64,000 bases of DNA. Origin: Macrostomum hystrix. Its lineage: Eukaryota; Animalia; Platyhelminthes. Positions 34,055 through 46,484 of this stretch are shown here, in pieces. The stretch covers positions 153,929 to 217,928 of the forward strand of contig CATNEN010000019.1 of assembly GCA_950097015.1 (NCBI GenBank), in the 5' to 3' direction. A program made the position numbers and the translations under genes. The notes beneath the pieces were generated by a model that saw nothing but the letters and a program-made list of their open reading frames with translations, made no database searches and was not told the DNA's origin. How positions within the stretch are numbered: position 1 is the stretch's first letter; each line of letters starts with the position of its first letter.

Positions 34055-34445
34055 TCTGCTTATATACTAAAAATGAAATGGTTGCTTGGTTGCTTAGTTG
34101 GTTGGTTGCTTGGTTGCTTAGTTGGTTGGTTGTAATTGATTTTTTCCCAAACGGCTCAACCAATTTTCACCATTTCTTCACCAAAAGATGCCAAATATAG
34201 GGACAATTATACACATATTTTTATTAAGCTTAACTTTATTGCTAAGGGGATTAAATATTTGAAAAACTGTTTTAGATAGGATGTTTGATGCATTACATCA
34301 GAGCCAGTTTTGTCAATGTGCATAACACTGCCAATTTTAATGATTGCATCAGGGCCAGTTTTGTTAGAAGTGGGGGATAAGAATTGATAAGAATTGCACT
34401 GTGTCAAATGTACATAGCTGTGTCAACCCCACTGGCGAGACAAGT
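34055..34445 (+). mobile_element. Non-autonomous Helitron, 5' part
   Basis: Starts TCTGCTTATATACTAAAA followed by (GGTTGCTT)n and CGGCTCAACCAATTTT. The internal CATAGCTGTGTCAACCCCACTGGCGAG block matches 60879-60903 on the opposite strand. Confidence 0.65.
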
Positions 34446-35036
34446 CAGTGCAAATTTATAAATAGATTACATCACAGCTTTTCTCACCTGCATGTGTGTG
34501 TTTGTTTGGAATAGGTAAAATGTGCATAGCAGATTTCAATTCAACGATATATTGCTCAATACTAGCGAGACATCTACTCTTTTCTTACTACAACAATAAT
34601 AAATCATCAAACCTTGTCTTAATAAAAATTTAATCCAATTTATTTGCAATGCCATTCTTCTACAAATAAAACACCCTACCAATTTTTTCTTCTGAGATTC
34701 TTAAAGATTTATTTAAGATTCTTTACTTAATTCTTTATGTACCACAAAGTGGGGTCATCCTGTGATAGATAGGGGGCCTAGTGATAGGGAAGTTATTCCA
34801 TAAAGTGGTTGTAGTTGGAACAAAAAACTTTCCTGTTTTGAACTCAGCACCCCTAAAAACATTTGTAGAAAACTGAATTTATTTACCTACTTTAACTGGA
34901 ATAATTTTTATAGGATTAAAGTTCAAAAAGCCCTAAAGTAACTCATAGACATTTGGAGTCTTAGCCTCCAAGAGTTGTCTAGTTTTCCCACAGCATGCCA
35001 GTGGTCTTTTCTATATGCTTCTGGATAACTTTCACC

Positions 35037-35521
35037 AGCCATCATGAACTTTCGCGCATTTAATTATTTTTTATCTTGTTTGTAAATTTCCAGCTTTGAA
35101 GACATTGAAGACATGGCCGGAAGACCTGCCACACCAACAACTATAGTCGAGCCAGCCGATGTTCTTCCTGCCATTGAGCTGACCGAGTTGGACCTCAACC
35201 ACCGTGAGCTGGCCCTGCTGATGGATGACACAGCAGTCCAGTGGCTGGCACGGCACGGACATCTGCGGAACAGCATCGACTGCCCGAACTGTGCCACCGC
35301 AATGTCCTTACAAACATGCCGACACCATCGTTCTATACGGCAGGACAGTTTTTTTGAGGGCAGCCATCTTAGCCTGGTTCAGCTCTTTATTAACTAATAA
35401 TCGTGGTACCTAGTGTTTTTTATGCCCCTAAACTTTAATAATACTAATTTTCATCACCCCGCACTTAAAGGTTACGAAAAAGATAAAAAAATAATTAAAC
35501 ACGGGAAAGTTCATGATCGCC
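35037..35521 (+). mobile_element. Deleted Merlin/ISXO2-like element carrying the transposase N-terminus (ORF 35113-35397)
   Basis: WLARHGHLRNSIDCPNCATAMSL...SIRQDSFFEGSHLSL is the Merlin N-terminal Zn region; flanked by ~45-bp imperfect inverted repeats (ATCATGAACTTTC...TTTAATTATTTTT). No TSD found. Confidence 0.7.
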
Positions 35522-38501
35522 TACCTACTCCTTTAAAATGGTATCTAGGCTTATAAGGCCCAATTATTAAAGCCAAAGGACGCCTGTTAGGCCGAAGCAA
35601 AAGATTATAATGTTTTAGTAAGAATGACATGCTTACAACAGAATGATTAATAAAATATACAATTTCAGTTTCATTTTCAGTACAAAATGGACCTACACAT
35701 AATAGCAGTTATGGACGACACAGAATCTTTGTCGCTTTTCGAGAAAACTGGTTTTAGGACTGTGAAAACGCAATTAATTGTTTAAATGTTTTAACAACTT
35801 TTTAGCGCGACAAGATTGTGAGTAATTGAATGTGATTCAAAAGGAAGTTACCATAATCATATTTCATGTAGGCCTATATTAGAGGTTGAAGAGAAAGAAG
35901 CAAGCGACTCTTAGGCCCCTTTTTAAAGGTAAGGTAGGTAGGTTGGCTCAGGCAGCCTGTTTTGCCAATGTTATTCATTTTATGTTTATTTGGATCTCAA
36001 GTTTGGAAAAGTTTTCGAAAGGTATAGGCTATATAAGGCGTGTATCACTGGAATGACAAGACGAAATTTAAAACAGCGCGAAAAATATGTACGTTGCAAA
36101 CGTCAACATTGCATTATTAAACTTGCGGCGGAATAATATCTTTAAAAGAAGTCAAGCCTAAGCCTAGTCTTAGTTTCTCGCTCGTTATCAGTCCCGACTA
36201 TTTAGTTGTACCTGATCTAAGAATGAGCGTGAGTTAAAAACAGCTTTAATGTGTGGAAGTGTGGCATCGCATGCTTCCGTCCATATCAGCATATATCTCT
36301 AGCCACACTAGCAAATTAGAGCAGCAAAGAATAGCTCTTTCCCGAAAAGCTTCTTACAAAGAAGTTTAGAGGACAATTGAATTCGTGAAAAATTAGTAAC
36401 TTTCGAAAAAATTGCTGGCTGTTATGATTTTAACATCCATGTAATTATGCTAAAACTCGTGAGCTGTGACCTCACAAGTCTACCACCTAGCGGGCCCTTA
36501 CCAACCTATAGATACCTATGATACGAACTTCGATCTAAATGCAGAATTGTAACATACACCAGAAAATTATATCTAGCAGATTCGCCTAGACATAATACGA
36601 GCTACTAGAAGTTAACTCGAAAAAAATCGAGCTAGGCTTTCCCACTGGGCTGCTCTAAACACGGATCAATTTGTGAAATTTTGAAACTCGTGTTGAAAAG
36701 TTAGAAACTCGCTTCACTACAGACGGGGGTGGGTGAACCACACGAAGCTATTATCTCCCTCAAACTCTGGTCAGTAATCTGCACTGTTTAGTCTTTAGTC
36801 AACACACATTATTCATGATTTATATTATTTTCTTGCTAGTCGACAACAATTTATAGTGAGATTCGAAAATCTTAAGTGACCTTAATTTGAGTCTACATCT
36901 CCTTTTGTTTATTGACTTCTTTGCGTCGTAATAAAGCTGTTGCTTTAGAAAAAACAGTTTTAAGTCACAATATCAACTATCAATAATAATATTAAAGCAT
37001 ATATTTTAAAGGATAAGCGAAACTAAAAAAGAAACACAGGAACGGATCACCCATTCCAAAAAAATGTTAGATATGTAACGCAAAGATTTTATTCAAACAT
37101 ATTAAGCACGTTTATATTACTCCGTGCGCATAAACTAGTTTTAGAATGCAGCTCTTCAAAACATGCTGCTGCTGTGTCGCGAAATTGACTTGTTATACGT
37201 CAGAATAAGCAAATTAATATCGCCTGAAGGTCAATAAGCGTATTTCGCATGAATTTAAGACAACAAAAAATAAAAACACTTGGATAAGAAATGTATACAT
37301 AGTTTTAAACGCAATTGAACTAGTCTTATTTCAAAATGACAAGTGCTGGAATGAGCATTTAGCTGATTCCGTCGGAACTAAAGCACTAATATAGCGACAA
37401 CTTGTGCTTTAGGAACAAAATAGAATACATTTAATGGTAATTCATTTTATGTATGATAAGCAGAGTGCATTCATAGACCTGAATTTCATATTCCCAAATG
37501 AAATTTGACTTCACCTTCCTCAAATTTCATAACCCATCGAATTGTAAGAATCTCTTTTTGGCAAGAACCGCCAGAAACACGAAACTTTACATTCCCAAGT
37601 CAGCATTTCCTTAAATGCTTGTCAATGAATTTTACATCCACTAAGTTTCCCAACCCCCCAAATTTAACATCCGTAACCATGGCAACAGCAGTGCAGTTTA
37701 CTCTGAATATCGGGTGGTGTAAAAGCTCTTTCCAAAGCTGGGTAATAGGAAGTATTTTGGTATGTGAAATTTGGGGTAGTGAAAGCGCTTGCAAAAACTG
37801 AATATAGGGATTATTAAACTTATGCTAATGATTGAGGAATGTAAAAGTCAGGGGGATATGAAATTAGCGGGCTGTTTAAATTTTAGCGAATATAAAGTTT
37901 AGGGACCATGAGATTTGGGGAGAGTGAAATCAGATAGTTAGAAAATGTTAAATTTTGGGGAAGTGAACCAGTGCAATTTCTTTTATTTGACAGGAGGGGC
38001 GAGTTTAGAAGCTGGTAAAAGGTACAGGTGATTTAAAATGGCATACATCACATAAAACCATGAGAAAATACATTAAACATACTATGGATTTGTAACATTA
38101 TTGCAATAACAGGCGGCGTGCATACAAACAGAATAAGAAATAATGACGTTTTCCAGGAACAAAGCTAATTAAAAAAGCGACGTTTTTTCTTGATTTGATT
38201 TTTATTTTTGTCTGAGAAATATACTGTGGTATGGGACACTAATTTTTTTATAAAGAGAGCAAAGTAACGAATAAAAGTAAGATAACACGATAAGTTATAT
38301 ACGATACATTGTTGCAAAAGCAATACAATGCTGCGTCGTTGCCCGCAGTAAAAGTCTGCAAACCATCGTCTGTTATTATTAATTAAACCACCGCACACTT
38401 ACAGAGGTTAGGAAACTTTGGGTGGTAATGAGAACCTCCCCAGCACTGCAAGCAGATATAGTCACGCCTGCGTATTGTATTAAATTTACTGACAGAATTT
38501 T

Positions 38502-39500
38502 TCACTGAGAGGCTGTTGAAGTCGCCACAACCGGTGATTGGGGCGGCGGCTGCGCTGGTGAAGCTGCAGCCGAGTCAGACTGTACCCCAGACTGCTGTGG
38601 TGTCGAGTCCGAAGCCGATGTCACTGGAGCTATAGGGGGCTGCGACTGCTGCTGTTGTTGTATTTGAGACTGCGACTGAATCTGTTGATGCATCTGCGAA
38701 GCTGAAGTCTGGGGCGGTAGCATCTGATAAGAAATATTCGACTGTGGCGGCTGCTGCTGAGAATACACGGTGGGTGCGAATTGCGGGCGCATTATAGCTG
38801 CCGGCTGCTGCTGGAAATAGGCCGCGTTAGTTGGCTGCTGCTGCTGCCTAGCCGCAGCTGCAGCCGCAGCGGCAGCTGCTGCAGCGGCAGACGACCCGCT
38901 AGGCCCGACAGGGCCACCAGAGGTTGTGACACTACGAGGAGCTGGCGGTTGCTGCTGCATCATAGGTTGTTGTGGACGTTGCATCATTGCTGATTGCGGC
39001 TGCTGCATCATGGCCGGCTGCGGCTGCTGCATCATGGCCGGCTGAGGCTGCTGCAGCATGGCTTGCTGTGATTGTATCATAGATGGTTGCTGCATCATTG
39101 ATTGCTGAATCATGGCCGGCTGTGGTTGCTGCAGCAAGGCCTGTGTAGGCGGCTGCTGTTGCTGGATCATCACAGCCTGCTGTGGCTGCGGCGGCATTAT
39201 CATTTGTTGTGGTCCTGGGGTTCTCAACACTGCGCCAGGGCCTTGGGGCGGCGGCTGCATCGGTGCTTGTGCTGTTGGCTGAGATACACTATTGCTATGC
39301 GAATCAGCAATCGTCGCCAAGTATACAAGATTTCTGTGCAGTGTTTGCTGCAGTGTGGCCATCTCGTGAGTACGGCCGCGCTGCTCATACTCTAGCATTG
39401 CATTTATAAGTTGGGCATTCTCATCTAAAAGTCTTTGGATTGTTGCTGTATTAGGTGGTGCGGCTTTGCGAGCAGAAGCAGGTGAAAACGCCAGTGACAT
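38502..39500 (-). CDS. SS18: SS18/SSXT-family BAF complex subunit, intronless, 332 aa
   Basis: SNH domain IQRLLDENAQLINAMLEYEQRGRTHEMATLQQTLHRNLVYLATIADS followed by a Q/P/M-rich low-complexity region. Confidence 0.92.
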   Translation of the reverse strand: MSLAFSPASARKAAPPNTATIQRLLDENAQLINAMLEYEQRGRTHEMATLQQTLHRNLVYLATIADSHSNSVSQPTAQAPMQPPPQGPGAVLRTPGPQQMIMPPQPQQAVMIQQQQPPTQALLQQPQPAMIQQSMMQQPSMIQSQQAMLQQPQPAMMQQPQPAMMQQPQSAMMQRPQQPMMQQQPPAPRSVTTSGGPVGPSGSSAAAAAAAAAAAAARQQQQPTNAAYFQQQPAAIMRPQFAPTVYSQQQPPQSNISYQMLPPQTSASQMHQQIQSQSQIQQQQQSQPPIAPVTSASDSTPQQSGVQSDSAAASPAQPPPQSPVVATSTASQ

Positions 39501-40623
39501 TTCAGCTGGAAATATGAGTCAGAAAATGCACTTATTAAAAATCAGTATTTCTTATAATACTGATACTTTCAGTATACTTTCAAGCTTTCAAGCTTTCAAG
39601 CTCAATACTTTCAAGCTTGTGAAAGCACCCCATTTAAAATACAGTAAACACTTTGCCACTAAGTGCTTACTAGTGTATGTCTGACTCTGATATGCTTGTC
39701 TGGTGTCAAACTGAGCTGATGATATTGCTTTGCAAAAGGTTTACTACTGTAGAAATTTTAAGTGTGCTTTTACAGGCTTTTTAATGCTTCTTTTAAAAGC
39801 ATTTTCAACCTCTAAATTCAGCAGGATCAAGTATTTCACCAGATATTGTTACAAGTGCATGACACATGTCCTAGCTGCAGCTCCGAGATACTTTAGACAT
39901 AAATCAGTATAGTTATGTTAAAGATATTAAAAATCAAAGTGTGGCTAATTTGCTTCTTTGCTGCTTTTGTCACATAAAATGAAAAATCTTGGGTGCTATG
40001 GCCTTATGCTTGATCTATCTAAGTAACTGAAGTTGCACAGCTAGAAACATATATATAAGTGTTGATAATAAAGTCTATATTTTGCACTTGGCCACCTGCT
40101 TCCACAGTGGCTGAATAAATTTAGAAAATGAAAAATGTCGTACTCTAATGTTTGAAGTTCTAAAATTTGTCAATACATTATAGATACTTAAAACTTTATG
40201 CTTATGCTTGTTTGTGCTTGCATATGATAAATGCCTAAATTAAAGCTGACAACAACAATAGACTAATTTAATACTTTTAAGGAAGTATCACAAGTGATCC
40301 ATGCAGAATGCTGATAGAAATAAAGAGAGTGTAGCACACACAAGCTTCCCAGAAAATAGAGCTGCAGTTTGACAGTTTGCTACAGATGTACATTCAAAGC
40401 ATGCAATTGCTGAATAAAAGATAAGAGCTAAAAAGAGCAGAGCTGAAAATGGTTTAGGCACATTATGGGGGCACTAACTTTTTAATATACTCATAGTTAA
40501 ATTTGTTGTTTTTGAAAATCGCATTTCCCAGAAAACTTTTGGTAAAATGATTTTTTTAATGTCTTGTTAAAATGAATAAATATTTGTTATACCAAAAAAT
40601 TAAACTTTGTTTAGATATGTTCA

Positions 40624-40895
40624 CATACATGCGCAACCTCCCAAATCTTTGCCAGCCGTGCGACTTAGTTTTTGCTCTCATTTGCAATTTAGTTTGTTTC
40701 ATTGCTCTATTTACGACTTTGTTTGCTCTCATTTGCTCTCTTTTTCTCTCCCCTTTTTCCTTTTCTTCACACCTTCCTTTTTTGTCGCTTGGTCCCCCCT
40801 TTGATTTTTTTGTGCTTGGTCGATTGGTTTTTGCGACTTACCTTGCTTGGCCCTCATTTCACCTGGCCGGTTCGACCGGGTGTTGCGCATGTATG
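40624..40895 (+). mobile_element. hAT-type MITE, copy 2
   Basis: Same TIRs and interior as copy 1; TSD TATGTTCA/TGTGTTCA (7 of 8). Confidence 0.88.
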
Positions 40896-42216
40896 TGTGT
40901 TCACCATTTTAATACAAAATAATATAAATACAGCTGAGTCCAGCTAGAGAAACTCAACCTTGTTTGATACAAAGTTTGCTGACAAAACTCAGAAGTGTTT
41001 CTGAATTCTTTATAGAACATACAAAGACAAACTCTAAGATAGTTCAAGAGAGAGGAAATGGAAAGTATAGCTGTACACTTGAGATCATTGGTTAAAATTC
41101 TTTAGAAAGCCTATTCTCAGAAATACATACAGGTGATAAAGTAAATTGGCTAGAATAACTAAATATGCTACCTAGAAAAAGTGAATACACTACTAGAATA
41201 ACTAAGTATTGTAGAGTACAGAATTATGATACTATTTATTTTAACCAATCATGCGCTAACTACTCTACTCATCCGCTTAGTAGTATTTTTAGAAAATACA
41301 AACCAGAAAACATACAAGTACAGCATGTGATTCATTTTACAAAAAAGGAGAATCGAATCAATCAAAAATCATGTGACTACTATTAATAGTATCCAATCAA
41401 TTTTTATGTCATAAGCAACCAGCAATCCCACCAATCATGTTACCCAAAATCAATCAAAAGGTCAAGAATGTGATAATCCATCTTTTTGTGCTTCTACTAG
41501 TTTAGTTGTAAAAAAGTCTAACCTCTCAAGTTGTCAAGTATTGACCCAGACTTTTTGACACCATTTTGACACCTGTACTTTAAATGCACTCATCAAACCC
41601 GAGAGGGCCCGATTCTCTATAAATACAAGAGCTCCGAGGCAAGCCCAGATTCAGAGTCTCGCCGAGATGAGCAGAGTCTCACAGAAAAGAGAAAACAGAG
41701 AGTGGATTGGACTCCAGGTCCAAGACTTGTGGTAAGAGTTCCTTGAGTTTTCCTAATTAATTATTTATTTATTAGTAAGGCTTTTCTTGAGCTAAGTTAA
41801 ACCTCTCCGAGTAATTGTTAAACCAACGATTAAAGCATAATCACAGACATGTGATAACATTGATTATATTACAAAGGGTGAGCGCCAGACTCGTGGTAAA
41901 ACCTACCAGGGCTGGTAAGAAGGAACACACTCCACAAATGACTATTGGTTAACTGACATCAACAACAAATCAGAATCAAGAAGATACTACACCCGATTAC
42001 TATTGGCCCAGTGTAACTGCAACCCGAGACAAGGAGAATAAATTAAATTCTCTTGCATTCAAACAATCCAGGTACCTAAAGGGCAACCAGAAGCCAAGTG
42101 CATCAAGCACCCGAAGCCTGCAGCAACCAAAGAGAGAGTGAGAGACAAGAGAACCACTAAACCAAAGAAGGTAAGATCTACAACTTCTGCTAATTAAGTA
42201 TTAATTACTTGGGCAC

Positions 42217-42461
42217 CATACATGTGCAACACCTGGCCGACCCGGCTGAACTGGCCGGGTGAAACGAGGGCCAAGCAAGGTAAGTTGCAAAAACCAATTG
42301 ACCAAGTGCAAAAAATCAAAGGGGGGACCAAGGGACAAAAAGGAAGGCGTGAAGAAAAGGAAAAAGGGGAGAGAAAAAGAGAGCAAATGAGAGCAAACTA
42401 AGTTGTAAATAGAGCAAAAACTAAGTCGGCTGGCAAAGATTTGGGAAGTTGCGCATGTATG
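42217..42461 (-). mobile_element. hAT-type MITE, copy 3 (inverted)
   Basis: Reverse-complement copy; TSD TTGGGCAC/TGGGGCAC (7 of 8). Confidence 0.88.
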
Positions 42462-42993
42462 TGGGGCACCCAGCAGTTGCTGAAAGTGATAAATTCCTAG
42501 AAGAGAAACAGGAACTTATCAATATGATACCAGAAAAAGTAAATATGCTACCCAGAAATTATTATTTAAATAAAAAATACTAAAGTGTGAATTTATTTGC
42601 TATTAATTAATTTCAATAAATTTTCTTGATTAATCAATTTCTAAATTATTTTATACTAATGTTTTTGTTAAGTTCTATTAATTTGCACTCTGGTGTAAAT
42701 ATGCCACAACCTCTAGGCAATGCTGGTCACCAGGCCGGTGCTTGTCAGGTAAGGACAATGAGCCATGCACTGCTGTTGCCTGTGCTGCAGCTGCTAATTG
42801 CCGCAGGATGGGAAGTTGGCGAGGACAGCAAAGCCCCCAGCAGCGCATGGAGCATCGTCGGGAATGCAATTGGTGTGGATGACTGAAAGGCCATCTGTTG
42901 AGCTGCTGGCAATGCAGAACTGCTGGCCTCTGTCCCTGCTGCTCTGCCAGGTGGCGACAGGGACCGTGAGACTTACCAACATTGTGTGCTAAA

Positions 42994-44067
42994 GGGAGCA
43001 CGAGACTTGCCCGCAGGCGAACTGCCCGCCGAGATTTGCCCGCAGGAGATTTGCCCGTCGAGATTTGCCCGCCGAGGTTTGCCCGCAGAGATGTGCCCGC
43101 AGTGCATTCTGCCCGCAGGAGATTTGCCCGTCGAGATTTGCCCGCAGAGATTTTCCCGTCGAGATTTTCCCGTCGAGATTTGCCCGCAGAGATTTGCCCG
43201 CAGAGATTTGCCCGCAGAGATTTTCCCGCAATGTCGTGGGGTCCCCGACATGCACCATATAGGACTCCATGGCTTATTTACTGGATTTGTCGTTTGGTGG
43301 TTGAGCAGATCGAGGTGATAAAATCCAGGCGGCTGACATGTGAATTTGAAACAGACAGCGCTCCACCAGCTAGAGATTCCAATACCGGGACCGGGATTTG
43401 AGAGCAAACACCTGGAATTCCAATCTCAGGACTTAAAATTGCCCACCATTCAGCGGGATTTCAATTTTTCGGGATTTGCTGGGACTGAAAATGCTGGGGA
43501 TTTTATGGGAGTTGGACAGGAATATCCCGAACCCGACAATCCTGGGATTGGAAACTAGCCGGGATTTTACCATCCCTACCACCAGGCACCAGCAAAAAAT
43601 TGCTGCTACAAAAGATTATAGAACAGGCTACAGTAATTTAGCAGAAAGGAAATTTGAGGTGTCTGCAAAATGCCAAAGAAATATCTTATGCATTTGCGGC
43701 AGTAAGAGTTTCAGATTCACACGGTTGAAATCTGGCAGGTAAATAATTTTGATAAGTATAAGTCGATTTTTGCAAGATTAAAACTGTATTGCGGGAAAAT
43801 CTCTGCGGGCAAATCTCTGCGGGCAAATCTCGACGGGAAAATCTCGACGGGAAAATCTCTGCGGGAAAATCTCAACAGGCAAATCTCGACGGGCAAATCT
43901 CGACGGGCAAATCTCGACGGGCAAATCTCGACGGGCAAATCTCCTGCAGGCAGAATGCACTGCGGGCAAATCTCTGCGGGCAAACCTTGGCGGGCAAATC
44001 TCGACGGGCAAATCTCCTGCGGGCAAATCTCGGCGGGCAGTTCGCCTGCGGGCAAGTCTCATGGACC
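42994..44067. mobile_element. 1.07-kb non-autonomous DNA transposon with long TIRs made of subrepeats (Merlin-like)
   Basis: About 240-280-bp inverted arms made of GAGATTTGCCCG(C/T) subrepeats, starting with GGG; perfect 8-bp TSD GTGCTAAA (42986-42993 and 44068-44075). The superfamily is inferred from GG termini plus the 8-bp TSD. Confidence 0.85.
43371..43578. mobile_element. Small nested hAT-like MITE
   Basis: Ends TAGAGATT / CATCCCTA, GGGATT subrepeats, TSD CCACCAGC/CCACCAGG (7 of 8). Confidence 0.55.
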
Positions 44068-45283
44068 CGTGCTAAAGCTAGCTACGTTCAACTGCCATAC
44101 TTTTAAATCAACCTTCCGACCTACTGAGACAGCGGCACCTGCGGCTGGCTGGGCAAGTGATCAGGGCTGAAGTCTACTGCCCTAAGCCACTGCAGGATGT
44201 GCTTCTATGGACTCTGCAGGGACCTTGCAAGTGTGGACAGGGACAATCAGCCCATTTATATTGACCTGCTCTTCTCCGACACATGCGCCCTCAGCCAGAC
44301 TTACGGAGTGAAGCATGTCTGCAAACTAGCCTTTAAGCACGCATTTTGATGCTTCCCCCTTTTCTTAGGCCACTGTGTGGCCAGCAGGTTGACTTTTTTT
44401 ACTATCTCAGAAACAAATTCTAAGAAAGCCATACAAAAAATTTGGTAGCATTGAATATTGAATATTGAAATTATTGAGATTCAGATATATTTGGATGCAC
44501 ACAAAAAGGCCATAGGTAGTAAGACCCACTCTATAATAAAAAGTATAAAACTTGATAAATGGTAAGAAGGGCAACAGGCTTGATATGCACAACTCATGCA
44601 CACATATCATCCGAATCCTAATGTACATTTTGCACCAAACCCTCCCTATCTAGAGCCATCCTTAGGCAATACCAGAGCCATCCATACCAATCTGAATCTT
44701 AGGCTTGCAGACTAGAACATTTTTTTCTTTTTGAATGTTGGCTTAGACGTTAGAGACTAGAAACCTGAAAAACCTAGAAACCAAGAAACATAAACCTTAA
44801 ATTAAGCACTTAGGGCCTATACCAATGTCTAAAGGCTAAAAATACTCTGACATATATAATAAGTATCCAACAAACTCATAGAGCACACCTTTAGACAAGC
44901 TAGGGCCTATAATTAGCAAATCCTTGGCAAAAAAATTTTAAAACTGAGTTTGAATCTGACACAGATACTTTTGCCTCAAGAATTGATTTTTTTGTTTTCT
45001 TAAGTGAAAGTTAAAATTTATAATGAAAAATATGCTTGAACCATTGTCATTATGTAATTAAAACATAAAATATTTGATAGAACAAAATGGCAGCAGTAAA
45101 AAAGTAACAAAATATGCATCGGAAGGAAATGCCTGCAGACCCCAACAGTCGGAAGATTTTGCTCGCAGACCCCTACCCAATTTTAGGATTTCCGTATGAA
45201 CAATTGGGAATTCCGCTACTCATGGCCCTCAAGGCCACACTCCAGACCCAACCGTCTATGGCTCTAGCATATTAACTGCATTG

Positions 45284-45438
45284 GCAAAATCTTCCGGAAG
45301 GAATTGCTTCTATGTAAATCAATAGGACGCAAAATCTTCCGGAAGGAATTGCTTCTATGTAAATCAATAGGACGCAAAATCTTCCGGAAGGGATTGCCTC
45401 AATGTAAATCCATAGGAAGCAACATCTTCCGGAAGGAA
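45284..45438. repeat. 45-bp tandem repeat, about 3.5 copies, with a CTTCCGGAAG palindrome
   Basis: GCAAAATCTTCCGGAAGGAATTGCTTCTATGTAAATCAATAGGAC repeated. Confidence 0.92.
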
Positions 45439-45466
45439 GTGCATGCATACGTATCGCAAAAAGGCT

Positions 45467-45602
45467 GAATGACCTTTTTTTTGATCTCCCTAGTGTATTT
45501 CTAAAAATAGAACACCGTAGGTGGTCATTTCGCGAAAATACGGACGCATATACCAAATGACCTTTTTTTTGATCTCCGTAGTGTATTTCTATAATTAGAA
45601 CA
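45467..45602 (+). repeat. Left direct-repeat pair (~48 bp x2)
   Basis: AATGACCTTTTTTTTGATCTCC(C/G)TAGTGTATTTCT...AGAACA at 45467-45514 and 45556-45602; recurs in the same orientation at 58246-58273 (partial) and 58301-58348. Confidence 0.88.
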
Positions 45603-45884
45603 GCTAAGCCTATGTCTTTTCGCAATCGAGCACTGCGGAGCATGTAGTCGTGTTTGCGAAAGTGCTAATATATATCACTGTGTCCTTCATGCACCATATT
45701 TCATTGTACTTTCGCGAAAATACCTTGCCCTGTATTAACATTGCTACTTCACTTTAAGCATTTTGCGAAAACATCATCTAATGTAACTAAAGTACTTAAA
45801 GTGCTTTTGCAAAAAAATACTGTTCTACCTTCGTTTGAATACGTATCCGTATTTCGCGAAAATACAAACAATAATAGTAATCAG

Positions 45885-46143
45885 CAGTACTATCTCTATT
45901 CCCTCAATAAATCTTATTGTTCTGTTAGACTGAATTATGAAATACGTATCCGTATTTTCGTTACAGTTTTTTTCGCCAAAAGTGACTCATCAATATAAAT
46001 AACCATATAACACACCAATCATTTGCAAGTGATCTGGCATGCAGGTCTAAAGCATTCATTTTTAGTAGCAGTGGCTCGGGTTCGAATCCCAGTCGGCACT
46101 ACGCATTTTTCTCAATTTAAAAAATCTGCTAATAATTTACTAC
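45885..46143 (+). repeat. Left arm of a diverged ~260-280-bp inverted repeat (partner 56200-56478)
   Basis: By-eye alignment of CTAACAGA..ATAA.ATTTATT.AG.GAAT, AATATAAATA.CCA.ATAACA, the tRNA-like cassette and AAAAA.C.GCTAA.A.TTTACTA blocks to the reverse complement of 56200-56478. Confidence 0.75.
46028..46100 (+). ncRNA. tRNA-like Pol III cassette (degenerate cloverleaf, not a canonical tRNA)
   Basis: Box A TGGCATGCAGG, perfect box B GGTTCGAATCC (46079-46089), T5 terminator at 46106-46110; acceptor and anticodon stems pair poorly. Confidence 0.6.
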
Positions 46144-46484
46144 TAATTACTACCTCTGGAATAATCAACAATAATTTAAGTGCCTTTTCAACATATAGAT
46201 AGACATTCAGAAATCAATTAATTATTAGTGTTTATGTTAATATGCTGTTCGAAACTAACTACTCTACTATGAGTAGACAATATAGCAACGTTAAATTTAT
46301 TATGAGTTCAATATTGTGGTTTTTCGCCATAGACCAACCTTGAATGATAGTTTATGTGATTAAACTGTCGTACGGGTCACGATAGCAGCTTGAGTTAGAA
46401 GCCGAGCGCGCTCGCTTAAGTAATCTGTGTAAAATTTCTTCTGTTATAAGCAGTTTGCAACAGCATCAAATAATAACCAGCGAA

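Noticed and set aside
41575-42065. Possible solo LTR (TG start, TATAAATA, AATAAA, ...CA end)
   Set aside because: No target-site duplication, second LTR or PBS found; insufficient support.
42973-44106. Many overlapping ORFs with ARRDLPAEI / GQISAGKS repeats
   Set aside because: They are translations of the MITE subrepeat arms on all frames, not genes.
44068-44170. LATFNCHTF resembling the start of a non-LTR APE endonuclease, split by the 1.07-kb MITE
   Set aside because: Only one short motif; downstream catalytic motifs not recognisable.
46028-46100. Functional tRNA gene (also 56242-56314)
   Set aside because: The acceptor and anticodon stems do not pair and no clean anticodon loop is present; kept only as a tRNA-like Pol III cassette.
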